The notes under the pieces: model-generated
Database searches by the model: none
Seen by the model: the letters and a program-made list of their open reading frames with translations, nothing else
Told to the model about the DNA's origin: nothing
Shown here: positions 1-13,362 of the stretch, piece after piece
Position numbering within the stretch: the first letter of the stretch is position 1
How the letters are laid out: each line of letters opens with the position of its first letter
Program-made: the position numbers and the translations under genes
Assembly: GCA_038087875.1 (NCBI GenBank)
Contig: CM075998.1
Location: forward strand, 6,450,001-6,514,000
Direction: 5' to 3'
Source of the DNA: Malacoraja senta
Lineage: Eukaryota
Length of the DNA: 64,000 bases

Positions 1-2260
1 AGAGCTCTATCTAACTCTCTCTTAAATCCATCCAGTGATTTGGCCTCCATGCCATCTGTGGCAGGGAATTCCACAAATTCACAACTCTCTGGGTGAGAAA
101 GTTTTTTCTCACCTCAGTCTTAAATGGCCTCCCCTTTATTCTAAGTGTGGCCCCTGGTTCTGGACTCGCCCAACATTGGGAACATTTTTCCTGTATCTAG
201 CTTGTCCAGTCCTTTTATAATTGTATATGTTTCTATAAGATATCCCCTCATCCTTCTAAACTCCAGTGAATACAAGCCTAGTCTTTCCTCATATGGCAGT
301 CCCGCCATCCCAGGGATCAATCTCGTGAACCTACGCTGCACTGCCTCAATCACAAGGATGTCCTTCCTCAAATTAGGAGACCAAAACTGTACACAGTACT
401 CCAGATGTGGTCTCACCAGAGCCCTATACAACTGCAGAAGAACCTCTTTACTCCTATACTGAAATCCTCTTGTTATAAAGGCCAACATTCCATTAGCTTT
501 CTTCACTGCCTGCTGTACCTGCACGCCAACTTTCAGTGACTGGTGTACAAGGACACTCAGGTCTCGCTGCACCTCCCCCTTACCGAACCTAACCCCATTG
601 AGATAATAATCTGCCCCCTTGTTCTTGCCGCCAAAGTGGATAACCTCACATTTATCTATATTATACTGCATCTGCCACGCATCTGCCCACTCATTCAACC
701 TGTCCAGGTCACCCTGCAACCTCCTAACATCCTCTTCACAGTTCACACTGCCACCCAGCTTTGGGTCATCCGCAAACTTGCTAGTGTTGCTCCTAATTCT
801 CTCTTCCAAATCATTAATATATATGGTAAATAGTTGCGGCCCTAACACAGAGCCTTGCGGCACTCGGAATAAGGAGTAAGCCATTTAGAACGGAGACGAG
901 GAAACACATTTTCTCACAGAGAGTGGTGAGTCTGTGGAATACTCTGCCTCAGAGGGCGGTGGAGGCAGGTTCTCTGGATGCTTTCAAGAGAGAGCTAGAT
1001 AGGGCTCTTAAAAATAGCGGAGTCAGGGGATATGGGGAGAGGGCAGGAACGGGGTACTGATTGGGGATGATCAGCCATGATCACATTGAACGGCGGTGCT
1101 GGCTCGAAGGGCCGAATGGCCTACTCCTATTGTCTATTGTCCACTCGCCACTGCCTGCCATTCTGAAAAAGACCCGTTCACTCTTACTCTTTGCTTCCTG
1201 TCTGCCAACCAATTTTCTATCCATGTCAACACCCTACCCCAAATACCATGTGCTCTAATTTTAGTCACCTGTCTCCCGTGCTGGACCTTATCAAAGGCTT
1301 TCTGAAAGTCTAGATACACTACATCCACTGGCACCCCTTCATCCATTTTACTTGTCACATCCTCAAAAAATTCCAGAAGATTAGTCAAGCAGGATTTTCC
1401 TTTCATAAATCCATGTTGACTTGGACTAATCCTTTTACTGCTATCCAAATGCCCCATTATTACCTCTTTAATAATTGACTCCAGCATCTTTCCCACCACC
1501 AAAGTCAGGCTAATTGGTCTGTAATTCCCCATTTTCTCTCTCGCTCCTTTCTTGAAAAGTGGGATAACATTAGCTATCCTCCAATCCACAGGAACTGATC
1601 CTGAATCTATTGAACATTGGAAAATGATCACTAATGCGTCCACTATTTCTAGAGCCACCTCCCTGAGGACCCTGGGATGCAGTCCATCTGGCCCAGAAGA
1701 TTTATCATCCTTCAGTCCCATTAGCCTACCCAATACTATTTCTCGCCTAATGAAAATTTCTCTCAGTTCCTCTACCCCCTTAGATCCTCTGTCCTCCAGT
1801 ACATCTGGAAGATTGTTTGTGTCTTCCTTAGTGAAGACAGATCCGAAGTACCTGTTCAACTCATCTGCCATTTCCTTGTTACCCATAATAATTTCACCCA
1901 TGTCTGCCTTCAAGGGACTCACATTTGACTTTGCTACTCTTTTTCCCTTAACATATCTAAAGAAGCTTTTACTGTCCTTCTTTATATTCCTGGCCAGCTT
2001 CCCCTCGTACTTCATCTTTTCAGCCCGTATTGCCCGTTTTGTTTCCTTCTGTTGTCCTATGAAAGTTTCCCAATCCTCTGGCTTCCAGCTACTCTTTGCT
2101 GTGTTATACATCTTTTCTTTTAGTTTTATTCTATCCCTAACTTCTCTTGTCAGCCATGGTTGCCTCCTACTCCCCTTAGAATCTTTCTTCCTTTTTGGAA
2201 TGAAATGATCCTGCATCTTCCGGATTATGCCCAGAAAGTCCTGCCATTGCTGTTCCACCG
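1..2260 (-). mobile_element. CR1-clade LINE, 5'-truncated ORF2 (RT) remnant, interrupted at 866-1140
   Basis: ORFs 1134..2258 and 141..884 carry CR1 RT motifs ([38 protein letters not shown]). The two halves join across the inner insert. Confidence 0.93.
866..1140 (+). mobile_element. CR1 3'-end fragment inserted into the outer CR1
   Basis: CR1 ORF2 C-terminal sequence plus the 3' UTR hairpin GGCTCGAAGGGCCGAATGGCCTACTCCT and a TATTGTCTATTGT tail, in opposite orientation to the host. Confidence 0.88.
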
Positions 2261-2524
2261 TCCTGAACCAACCTGATTTTCCCAGTCTACCTGCGTATTG
2301 AAATCCCCCATCACCACATCATTAAATTTCCCAGTTCACATCCTCCAGTGGCATTCAGTTCCCCTGAATATCAGCTTGATCTTTCTCTTACTTGTATCTC
2401 CTTATTACATAAGAGGCCATTTTGTCCCATCAAGTCAATGCTGACTGACAGAACAATCCTATTCCCCCACAAATTTCTCTGCAAGTGATTTTCCTCACAG
2501 ATCTTCAATTCTCCCCAGATCTAC

Positions 2525-2729
2525 CCCTCACTTACACAGTATGGGAAATTTACAGTATCCAATTAACCCACCAACCCACTCATCTTTGGCAGATGGGAGC
2601 AAACCAGAGCACCTGGAAGAAACAGGGAGAACATGCAAACTGCAAACATACAGCATGGGAGGTCAGGATTGAACCCAGGCCGCTGGAGCTGTGAGATAGG
2701 AACTCTACTCACTGCTCCATTGTGCCCCC
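2525..2729 (-). mobile_element. tRNA-derived SINE (V-SINE/HE1-like), degenerate
   Basis: Reverse strand reads GGGGCACAATGGAGCAGTGAGTAGAG...GGGTTCAATCC (A-box and B-box like) and resembles the copy at 51309-51575. Confidence 0.7.
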
Positions 2730-3151
2730 AGTTATTCGAGTCATAGAGTGATACAGCGTGGAAACGCCCTTCGGCCCAACTCGCCCATAATGTCCCAGCT
2801 ACACTAGTCCCACTTGCCCGCGCTTGGTCCATATCCTCCAAACCTGTCCTATCCATGTACCTGTCTAACTGTTTCTTAAACGATGGGATATTCCCAGCCT
2901 CAACTACCTCCTCTGGCAGCTCGTTCCATACACCCACCACCCTTTGTGTGCAAAAGTTACCCCTCAGATTCCTATTAAATCTTTTCCACTTCACCTTGAA
3001 CTTATGTCCTCTGGTCCTCGATTCCCCTACTCTGGGCAAAAGACCACCCGATCTATTCCTCTTATGATTGTGTATCCTCTATAAGATCTCCCCTCATCCT
3101 CCTGCGCTCCATGGAATAGAGACCCAGCCTACTCAACCCTATAGCTCACAC

Positions 3152-3378
3152 TGTAGCAGCGCCTGCTGGCGCACGCAGATATCGAACCCGGCGTTCGGAA
3201 GCCGCGGTCACGTGACTTGGGAGGGGCTGCTGTTTTCGCGCGGTTTCACTTTCGCGCCACAGTTGTTTTGATGACCACCGTTGTGATCAGACGTGTATGC
3301 ATAGACCTGTTGATTAAGGAGCGAGTGTTTAATAAAGATCGTTCAGGAAACTTAGTCGTCGTTTCTGCATCCGCTAAA
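3152..3378 (+). repeat. Gypsy 5' LTR
   Basis: TGTAGCAGC...CCGCTAAA with an internal AATAAA; 7 substitutions relative to the 3' LTR by manual comparison. Confidence 0.96.
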
Positions 3379-3379
3379 T

Positions 3380-3392
3380 TGGTGACCCCGAC
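3380..3392 (+). promoter_or_regulatory. Primer-binding site complementary to tRNA-Trp
   Basis: TGGTGACCCCGAC immediately after the 5' LTR is complementary to the vertebrate tRNA-Trp 3' end (...GUCGGGGUCACCA). Confidence 0.88.
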
Positions 3393-3399
3393 TTGTCTA

Positions 3400-4154
3400 G
3401 CCATCGTTAGACAGGGATCACGCAGGAGGACTACGTCCCTGCAGAATCGGCCGGCACGAGGCAGAGCTCACCGGGTTTCAAGCTGCCTTCATTTTGGCCA
3501 GATCAACCTCAGGTGTGGTTCGCCCATGTAGAGGCACAGTTTCATCTGCACAGAATAATAGCGGATGACACGATGTATTTTCACGTGGTGGGACCTCTAC
3601 CACAGGACTGTGCCTCGAGGCTGCTGCCATATATCAGAGACCCGCCGATGATCGCCAAGTACGAGGCCCTACTGCTACATACCTTCGGTCTCAGCTGTTG
3701 AGACAGGGAGGCGAAGATCCTACACATGGACAGTGTCAGCGATCGGCATCCGTCCACCATCATGGCGAAGATGCTGGCCCTGATGGACGGGCGCTGCCGC
3801 TGTCTGTTGTTCGAACAGGCGTTCCTGGAACAGTTACCGGACGAAGTCCGCTTAATGCTCGCTGAGGCCGACTTCAGCGATCCCCAGCACCTCGCAGAGA
3901 GAGCCGACGAGCTGTGGACCCACAGATGGCGAGACGTTTGTTCTTTCACCCGCCCCACTGCCACGGCTAGGCTGCTGCCTAGAAGACACCGGGATGAAGG
4001 TCAGGACTCGCCCAGCGCCGAAGAAGCATCGCCGCAGCCGGAGGTGTACAGCCGACGCCGTTGGTGCTACTACCATCAGCACTACAGCACCGAAGCCCGA
4101 AGATGTCAAAGCCCCTGCTCGTTTCAGGGAAATGTGTCGGCCGATCGCCCATAG
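3400..4154 (+). pseudogene. gag: Gypsy gag, frameshifted
   Basis: WFAHVEAQF motif (ORF 3513..3701), FLEQLPDEVR and C-terminal CYYH...C..PC motif (ORF 3726..4154); stop TAG at 4152-4154. Confidence 0.85.
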
Positions 4155-4188
4155 AGGCGAACGCGATCGGCCGGAACAAACGCCTCTA
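4127..4188 (+). promoter_or_regulatory. Predicted -1 ribosomal frameshift signal (slippery heptamer plus pseudoknot)
   Basis: G GGA AAT in the gag frame at 4127-4133; stem 4138-4148/4163-4173; stem 4152-4159/4181-4188. The protease frame is -1 relative to gag. Confidence 0.8.
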
Positions 4189-7100
4189 CGTCCGTGATCG
4201 CCACTCCGGCCACCGTTTCCTGGTCCACTCCGGTGCCATAACCAGTATCCTGCCACCGACAGACCGAGATACCCACGTCGGTAAGGTAGGACCCGTCCTC
4301 TCGGCCGTTAACGGGAGCACATTCGAACTTACGGCGCGCGGACCTTGGACTTAAATTTCGACTCCCACCCATATAGGTGGAAGTTCACCTTTGCTGACGT
4401 CGCCCGGCCGATAATGGGGGCCGACTTCTTGCGCGCGTTCTCCCTGCTAGTCGATGTGTGGGGCAGGTGAATGGTTCCAGTGTCGGACCTGTACCCTGCC
4501 GAGCCGCGTAAACCGTTAACGTTCCCACAGCAACCCGACGAGGTCGCTGAGATGCAGCCACCTTTCTCAGCCCTGCTCGCCGACTTCCCAGGGTTGCTCA
4601 CGCCCTGGTTCGACAGGGCTGCGCCTCGTCATGGCGTGGTCCACCACATTCCCACTGAGGGCCCACCGGTTCACGCCCGCGCGCGCCGCCTCCCGCCCGA
4701 TAAAATGTGCATCGCACGAGACGAGTTCCAGCTTATGGAGGACATGGGGATTGTCCGGCGGTCGGATAGCCCTTGGGCTTCCACTCTGCATATGGTGCCC
4801 AAAGCGTCCAGGGGTTGGAGACCTTGCGGTTATTACAGGCGTTTAAACGCGGTAACCACAGCAGATCGGTATCCAGTCCCGAACATCCAGGATTTCTCGG
4901 CTCATCTGGAGGGCGCAACCTTTTTCTCGAAGGTCGACCTTATTCGCGGGTATAATCAAATCCCGGTCCATCCCGACGATGTCCCTAAGACGGCCACCAT
5001 CACCCCTTTCGGCCTTTTCGAATGGCTTAGAATGCCTTTTGGCCTGAAGAACGCTGCTCAGGCATTCCAAAGATTAATGGAACAGGTCGGGCGGGGTTTG
5101 CCGTTCATATTCATCTATCTCGATGATATTCTGGTGGCCAGCAGCTCGTAGGTTGAACACGTTAGGCACCTCCGCCTGCTCTTCGAACAGCTGCGTAAGC
5201 ACGGGTTGGTGATCAATCCCGCGAAGCGCCAGTTCGGATTGCGCTCCATCTCCTTTTTAGGTCACAGGGTAACCTGCCAAGGCGCACAACTGCTGCCTGA
5301 GAAGATCAACGCTATCCGTCGCTTCCCGAGGCCAATATCCGTCAAGGGCCTCCAGGAATTCATCGGAATGGTCAATTTCTACCACCGATTCGTCCCGTCA
5401 GCGGCCGCCGTCATGCGGCCGTTGTTTCAATGTCTGGCGGCCGCCACCATGCTGGTACACCCGAGGGCATCAGCCCTCACAGCTCTCACCGTGGACGCGT
5501 CGGACGTTGCGGTGGGTGCTGTCCTCGAGCACCGTTGGCAGCCGCTGGCGTTTTTCAGCAGGCAGCTGCGGGCCCCGGAGATCAAGTACAGCGCTTTCGA
5601 TCGGGAGCTCCTCACGCTTTACCTAGCGATCCAACGTTTCCGTTATTTCCTAGAGGGCCGCACGTTTACCGCATTCACGGACCACAAGCCGCTCACATTC
5701 GCTTTGCATAAGGTGTCCGACCCCTGGTATGCCAGGCAACAGCGGCACCTCGCCTACGTATCCGAATTCACGTCTGACATTCGGCATGTGGTGGGGAAGC
5801 TCAACGTTGTGGCCGACGCGCTCTCCCGTCCGGCGGTCCCTGAGATTTCCGTTTTAAGCCTTGGTGTGGATAATGTGGAGCTGGCAGTGGCTCAAAGGGC
5901 CGACGCCGGCATGGAGGTTTACCCCAATGCTGAATCGGGACTCAAGCTGACTGAAGTGCCTTGCGGCGCTGCAGGTGTGCGAGTCATTTGCGATGTCTCA
6001 ACGGGTAAAGCCCGCCCGATCGTCCTGATTGCCTGGAGGCGTCGGATTTTCGTCACCATCCACAGCCGAGCTCACCCGTCCATCCGCGCCACCTCTGCCC
6101 AGGTTGATTACAAGTTCGTCTGGCACGGGTTACGTGGGCCCGCGCTTGTATCCCCTGTCAGACTTCCAAGGTGCAGAGGCATGTGCACCCGCCCGTGCAG
6201 GATTTCGCTGTTCCAGACGGCAGGTTCCTGCACATCCATGTTGACCTGGTGGGTCCTTTGCCATGTTCGCGTGGGGCCACTCAGTAACTATCGTGGATAG
6301 GTTCACCAGGTGGGTGGAGGCAATACCGTTAACCAATACCTCCGCTGAGGCTTGTGCTATTGTCTCCAATTGGATCGCTCGTTTCGGGATCCCTTCAGAT
6401 ATCACAACCGATCGCGGGGCCCAGTTCATGTCCTCCCTGTGGTGTGGTATGGCGCAGCTGTACGGCGCAAAGTTACACCAGACCACAGCGTATCTGGAGT
6501 CGAATGGGTTAGTCGAGCGGTTTCACAGACATAGATACATAGATACATAGAAAATAGGTGCAGGAGTAGGCCATTCGGCCCTTCGAGCCTGCACCGCCAT
6601 TCAATATGATCATGGCTGATCATCCAACTCAGTATCCCGTACCTGCCTTCTCTCCATACCCCCTGATCCCTTTAGCCACAAGGGCCACATCTAACTCCCT
6701 CTTAAATATAGCCAATGAACTGGCCTCAACTACCCTCTGTGGCAGAGAGTTCCAGAGATTCACCACTCTCTGTGTGAAAAAGTTTTTTCTCATCTCGGTC
6801 TTAAAGGATTTCCCCCTTATCCTTAAGCTGTGACCCCTTGTCCTGGACTTCCCCAACATCGGGAACAATCTTCCTGCATCTAGCCTGTCCAACCCCATAA
6901 GAATTTAGTAAGTTTCTATAAGATCCCCTCTCAATCTCCTAAATTCTAGCGAGTATAAGCCGAGTCTATCCAATCTTTCTTCATATGAAAGTCCTGACAT
7001 CCCAGGAATCAGTCTGGTGAACCTTCTCTGCACTCCATCTATGGCTATAATGTCCTTCCTCAGATCTGGAGACCAAAACTGTACGCAATACTCCAGGTGT

Positions 7101-10100
7101 GGTCTCACCAAGACCCTGTACCACTGCAGTAGAACCTCCCTGCTCCTATACTCAAATCCTTTTGCTATGAAAGCTAACTTACCATTCGCTTTCTTCACTG
7201 CCTGCTGCACCTGCATGCCTACTTTCAATGACTGGTGTACCATGACACCCAGGTCTCGCTGCATCTCCCCTTTTCCTAATCGGCCACCATTTAGATAATA
7301 GTCTGCTTTCCTGTTTTTGCCACCAAAGTGGATAACCTCACATTTATCCACATTATACTGCATCTGACAAACATTTGCCCACTCACCCAGCCTATCCAAG
7401 TCACCTTGCAGTCTCCTAGCATCCTCCTCACAGCTAACACTGCCCCCCAGCTTAGTGTCATTCGCAAACTTGGAGATGTTGCCTTCAATTCCCTCATCCA
7501 GTTCATTAATATAAATTGTAAATAGCTGGGGTCCCAGCACTGAGCCTTGCGGTACCCCACTAGTCACTGCCTGCCATTGTGAAAAGGACCCGTTTACTCC
7601 TACTCTTTGCTTCCTGTTTGCCAGCCAGTTCTCTATCCACATCAATACTGAACCCCCAATACCGTGTGCTTTAAGTTTGTATATTAATCTCTTATGTGGG
7701 ACCTTGTCGAAAGCCTTCTGAAAGTCCAGATACAACACATCCACTGGTTCTCCCCTATCCACTCTACTAGTTACATCCTCGAAAAATTCTATAAGATTCG
7801 TCAGACATGATTTACCTTTCGTAAATCCATGCTGACTTTGTCCAATGATTTCACCACTTTCCAAATGTGCTGCTATCCCATCTTTAATAAGTGACTCTAG
7901 CAGTTTCCCCACTACCGATGTTAGACTTACTGGTCTGTAATTCCCCGTTTTCTCTCTCCCTCCCTTCTTAAAAAGTGGGGTTACGTTTGCTACCCTCCAA
8001 TCCTCAGGAACTACTCCAGAATCTAAAGAGTTTTGAAAAATTATCACTAATGCATCCACTATTTCTGGAGCTACTTCCTTAAGTACTCTGGGATGCAGCC
8101 TATCTGGCCCTGGTGATTTATCGGCCTTTAATCCATTCAATTTACCCAACACCACTTCCCGACTAACCTGGATTTCACTCAGTTCCTCCATTTCCCCTGC
8201 TATTTCCGGCAGATTATTTATGTGTTCCTAAGTGAAGACGGAACCAAAGTAGTTATTCAATTTGTCCGCCATATCCTTGTTCCCCATGATCAATTCACCT
8301 GTTTCTGACTGCAAGGGACCTACATTTGTTTTAACTAATATCTTTCTCTTCACATATCTATAAAAACCTTTGCAGTCAGTTTTTATGTTCCCTGCCAGTT
8401 TTCTTTCATAATATATTTTCCCTTTCCTAATTAAGCCTTTTGTCCTCCTCTGCTGGTCTCTGAATTTCTCCCAGTCCTCTGGTATGCTGCTTTTTCTGGC
8501 TAATTTGTACGCATCATCTTTTGCTTTGATACTATCCCTGATTTCCCTTGTTATCCACGGATGCACTACCTTCCCTGATTTATTCTTTTGCCAAACTGGG
8601 ATGAACAATTTTTGTAGTTCATCCATGCAGTCTTTAAATGCCTTCCATTGCATATCCACCGTCAACCCTTTTAGAACTAATTGCCAGTCAATCTTGGCCA
8701 ATTCACATCTCATACCCTCAAAGTTACCTTTCTTTAAGTTCAGAACCGTTGTTTCTGAATTAACAATGTCACTCTCCATCCTAATGAAGAACTCAACCAT
8801 ATTATGGTCACTCTTGCCCAAGGGGGCACGCACAACAAGACTGCTAACTAACCCTTCCTCATTACTCAATACCCAGTCTAGAATAGCCTGCTCTCTCGTT
8901 GGTTCCTCTACATGTTGGTTTAGATAACTATCCCGCATACATTCCAAGAAATCCTCTTCCTCAGCACCCCTGCCAATTTGATTCACCCAATCTATATGTA
9001 GATTGAAGTCACCCATTATAACTGTTTTGCCTTTGTTGCACGCATTTCTAATTTCCTGTTTGATGCCATCCCCAACTTCACTACTACTGTTAGGTGGCCT
9101 GTACACAACTCCCACCAGCGTTTTCTGCCCCTTAGTGTTTCGCAGCTCTACCCATACCGATTCCACATCCTCCAAGCTAATGTCCTTCCTTTCCACTGCG
9201 TTAATCTCCTCTCTAACCAGCAACGCTACCCCACCTCCTTTTCCTTTCTCTCTATCCCTCCTAAATATTGAATATCCCTGGATGTTCAGCTCCTAGCCTT
9301 GGTCACCCTGGAGCCATGTCTCCGTGATCCCAACTATATCATAATCATTAATAGCTATCTGCACGTTCAACTCATCCACCTTATTATGAATGCTCCTTGC
9401 ATTGAGACACAAAGCCTTCAGGCTTGTTTTTACAATGCTCTTACCCCTTTTACAATTATGTTGAAAAGTGGCCCTTTTTGATTTTTGCCCTGGATTTGTC
9501 TGCCTGCCACTTTTACTTTTCACCTTGCTACCTATTGCTTCCGCCCGCATTTTACACCCCTCTGTTTCTCTGCTCACCCATTTAAGAACCCCACCACCTC
9601 TTATTCTCTGTTTATTATTGTTTTCTTCTTTCCCCCCTACATGTTGGGTTTGAGTGCTTTCCTTCTCTGCCTCCTGCCTCACACACTGTCTAATAGCATT
9701 CTCTATTTGAGTACCTCCCCCCAACCGTTCTTGTTTAAAGTCTCCCCAGTAGCCGTTGCAAATCTCCCCGCCAGGATATTGGTCCCCCTCAGGATCAAGT
9801 GCAACCCATCCTTTTTGTACAGGTCGCACCTTCCTCAAGTCGGTGTTGAAGGCCCAGCTCACCAGCCCCGATTGGGTTGACCAGTTGCCCTGGGTTCTCC
9901 TGGGCATCAGAACTACGCCTAAGGACGACCTCGACGCCCCCACGGCAGAGCTGGGTTTATGGCTCAGTTTTGCGAGTACCTGGGGATTTTTTGCCTGCCA
10001 CCCCCTATCAGGATGGCTAGCCGACCTTCGCGAGCGGGCGCGTGCATTGGTGCCGGTCCCCACCTCCCGACATGGGTCGTCCGCGGTGCATGTGCCTACT

Positions 10101-10290
10101 ATGTTACGGGATTGTGCTTATGTTTTCCTTCGTAGGGATGCTCACCGCTCGCTTACAGCGGGTGTACAAATAACCATACAAGGTGTTAGCGACTGGTACC
10201 TCGACGTTCACGTTGGACATGGGTGGCAGGGAGGAGTTCGTCTCCGTCAGCCGCCTTAAGCCAGCCTACGTCCATGAGGATAGCCCGGTG
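4130..10290 (+). pseudogene. pol: Gypsy pol (protease, RT, RNase H, integrase), disrupted
   Basis: FLVHSGA (degenerate D-S-G protease motif), MPFGLKNA and YLDD (RT), TDHKPL and VADALSR (RNase H), DRFTRW, TDRGAQF and NGLVERFH (integrase). Integrase resumes LKSVLKAQL at ~9834 after the CR1. Confidence 0.92.
6532..9833 (-). mobile_element. CR1 LINE (ORF1 end plus whole ORF2, disrupted) inserted in Gypsy integrase
   Basis: ORFs 9293..10063, 8228..9223, 6905..8191 and 6629..6898 give APE endonuclease and RT; (ATAGATAC)n tail at the left end. Confidence 0.95.
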
Positions 10291-10517
10291 GCTGTGGCCG
10301 TAGAGGACGTCCGCCGGCCGTTTTGCCGCCCTCTACACCTGTTACCCCCGGTTATGTTTCACCGGTCCCCTTTGTTACGCCAGTCTCTCGTTCGCGTTTT
10401 TCGCGCCCCTCCGGTCCTGTTCTGCCGGTCTCTACTGTTACGCTCGCCCCGCGACCTCGGACTACGTGTTCCGGTTGAACCATTTGGTTACCCGTGCGTT
10501 TCCGTACTGTGGATTCT

Positions 10518-10529
10518 GGGGGGGGGGCA
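10518..10529 (+). promoter_or_regulatory. Polypurine tract
   Basis: G-run directly before the 3' LTR. Confidence 0.85.
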
Positions 10530-10756
10530 TGTAGCAGCGCCTGCTGGCGCACGCAGATATCGAACCCGGCGTTCGGACGCCGCGGTCACGTGACTCGGGA
10601 GGGGCTGCTGTTTTCGCGCGGTTTCACTTTCACACCACAGTTGTTTTGCTGACCACCGATGTGATCAGACGTGTATGCATAGACCTGTTGTTTAAGGAGC
10701 GAGTGTTTAATAAAGATCGTTCAGGAAACTTAGTCGTCGTTTCTGCATCCGCTAAA
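10530..10756 (+). repeat. Gypsy 3' LTR
   Basis: Direct repeat of 3152-3378, followed by TSD ACAC. Confidence 0.96.
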
Positions 10757-11766
10757 ACACCCTCTAGTCCTGGCAACATCTTTGTAAATCTTTTCTGAAC
10801 CCTTTCAAGTTTGACAATATCTTTCCTATAACATGGTGTCCAGAACTGAACACAATATTCTAAATGCGGTCTCACCAATGTCTTATACAACTGCAACACT
10901 TCGACTGATGAAGGCCAAAGTGCCAAAAGCCTTTTTGACCACCTTATCTACCTGCAACTCGACCTTCAAGGAACCATGCACCTGTACTCCTAGATCCCTT
11001 TGCTCTACAACACTACCCAGAGGCCTACCGTTTACTGTGTAGGTCCTACCCTTGTTCGACGTCCCAGAATGCAACAACTCACACTTCTCTGTATTAGGTT
11101 CCATCAACCATTCCTCCGCCCACCTGGCCAATCGATCCAGATCCTGCTGCAATCGTTCACAACCATCTTCACTATCTGCAAAACCACTCACTTTTGTATC
11201 ATCAGCAAACTTGCTAATCTTGCCCTGTATGTTCTCATCATGCCTTAATGAAGTCCATGTACATAACATCTACAGCTCTGCCCTCATCGACCTTTTTGGT
11301 CACGTCTTCACAAAAATCAATCAGATTAGTGAGACACGACCTCCCACGTACAAAACCATGCTGACTATCCCTAATCAGCCCTTGCCCATCCAAATGCCTG
11401 TATAACCTATCCCTCAGAACACTCTCCAGTAACTTACCAACTACAGATGTTAAGCTCACCAGCCAAAGGTTCCCAGCATTTTCTCTGCAGCCCTTCTTGA
11501 AAAGAGGCACAACATTTGCCACCCTCCAGTCTTCCGACACCTCTCCTGTATTTAAGGATGACTCATAAATTTCAACCAGGGCTCCCGTAATTTCCTCGCT
11601 AGTTTCCAGCAATGTCCTCGGATATATCTGATCAGGCCCTGGAGATTTGTCTACCTTCAACGGTAACACTGACTGCTCTCAAGACACTTCCATTGACTGC
11701 CGCAAGTTCCTCCGTCCTACTGTCTTTCTCCTCGGTAAATACAGAGAAGAAATACTCATTTAGGAC

Positions 11767-11858
11767 TGAAGAAGGGTTTCGGCCTGAAACGTTGCCTATT
11801 TCCTTCGCTCCATAGATGCTGCTGCACCCGCTGAGTTTCTCCAGCATTTTTGTGTACC
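11767..11858 (+). mobile_element. Penelope pLTR-derived mini-insertion with a minimal hammerhead ribozyme motif
   Basis: (C)TGAAGA-A-GGGTTTCGGCCT-GAAAC-GTT core; 14-bp TSD TACTCATTTAGGAC at 11753-11766 and 11859-11872. Confidence 0.85.
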
Positions 11859-13362
11859 TACTCATTTAGGACCTTGCCCATCTCCTGTGGCTCCACGCAG
11901 AGGTGACCACTTTGATTCCTGAGTGGTCCCACTCTCTCTCTAGTTATCCTTTTCCCCCTTGTGTATTTATAAAATATTTTGGGATTGTTTTTAATGCTAC
12001 CCGCCAGAGCTATCTCCTGGCCCCTTATTCAGTTTACTCCTTAGTTCTCGAAACTCCTCCAGGGATGCACTTGATCCCAGCTGCCTATACCTGTCCCATG
12101 CATCCTTCTTGTTTTTGACTAACGTCTCAATTTCCCTCGTCAGCCAAGCTTCCTTACATTTGCCTGCTTTGCCCTTCACTCTAATGGGGACATACATATC
12201 CTGAGCTTTCTTCAGTACACTTTTAAAAACATCCCTCTTGGCCGATGTTCCTTTCCCCTCAAATAACCTGCTCCAGTCAACTTGAGCGAGGCCTTCTCTC
12301 ATACCCTCAAAGTTGGCCTTACCCCAGTTGAGCATTTTAACATGTGGACCCTCTCCATCCCTATCCATAACTATCTTAAACCTTATCGAACTGTGGTCAC
12401 TGGACCCAAAAGGCTCTTCCACACACACTTCATTAACTTGCCCTTCCCAATTTCCCAATACTAGATCCAGCGTTGCCCTCTCACATACTGCTTAAGAAAA
12501 CTCTTCTGAACACTTTTGAGGAATTGCACTCCATCTAAACCCTTCACACTATGATTTTCCCAGACTATATTGGGAAAGTTAAAATCCCCTACTACAACAA
12601 CCTTATTTGACCTGCAGCTGTCTGCAATCTCCCGGCACATTTGTTCTTCTAATTCCCGTCGATTATTTGGGGGTCTGTGGTACACCCCCAACAAGGTGAT
12701 CATCCCTTTCTTGTTCCTCAGCTCCATCCACATAGCCTCACTAGACGAACCGTCTGTAATGTCACATCTGATCACGGCCGTGACATCCTCCTCAACCAAT
12801 AATGCAACCCCCTCCCTCCTCTTTTTCCCTCACCCCTCTCTCTCCTGAAGCTCCTGTACCCCAGAACATTGAGCTGCCAGTCCTGGCCCTCCCTGAACCA
12901 GGTTTCAGTCATGTCTACAATGTCCCAGTCGCTCGTACCTATCCACGCCCTAAGCTCATCTGCCTTACCCGTCAGGCCCCTTGCATTAAAACATGTGCAG
13001 TTTAAACCAACCCTCCTTCCTCGCTCTCTGCCTTTCACCTGCCTATTCTGTCCACTAACCTTTCCCACACCACCCTCCATACCCACTTCTAGCCTCTCAC
13101 ATGCCTCTGTCCTGCACGAGATCCCACCCCTCTGCCAATCTAGTTTAAACCCTCCCGTGTAGCATTAGCAAACCTTCCCGCTAGGATGTTGGTCCCCCTC
13201 CAGTTTAGGTGCAACCCGTCCCTTTTATACAGGTCACCCCTGCCCCAGAAGCCAATGATCCAGAAAACTGAATCACTGCCCCAACTCCTCAAGAGGGTGA
13301 CTTGTTTTCATTAGATACAGCCACCGGGGTTTCCTGCACTCCATGTTTACTCTTCTTTCTCA

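Larger units (their letters stand above)
3152..10756 (+). mobile_element. Ty3/Gypsy LTR retrotransposon, decayed, with a CR1 inserted in integrase
   Basis: Two 227-bp LTRs, TSD ACAC (3148-3151 and 10757-10760), PBS, PPT, and gag-PR-RT-RNaseH-IN order. Confidence 0.96.

Noticed and set aside
9293..10259. Apparent novel fusion ORFs (9293..10063, 9756..10259; similarly 22979..25117, 49468..50352, 18318..18830)
   Set aside because: They read across insertion junctions between different elements and are chimeric by chance.
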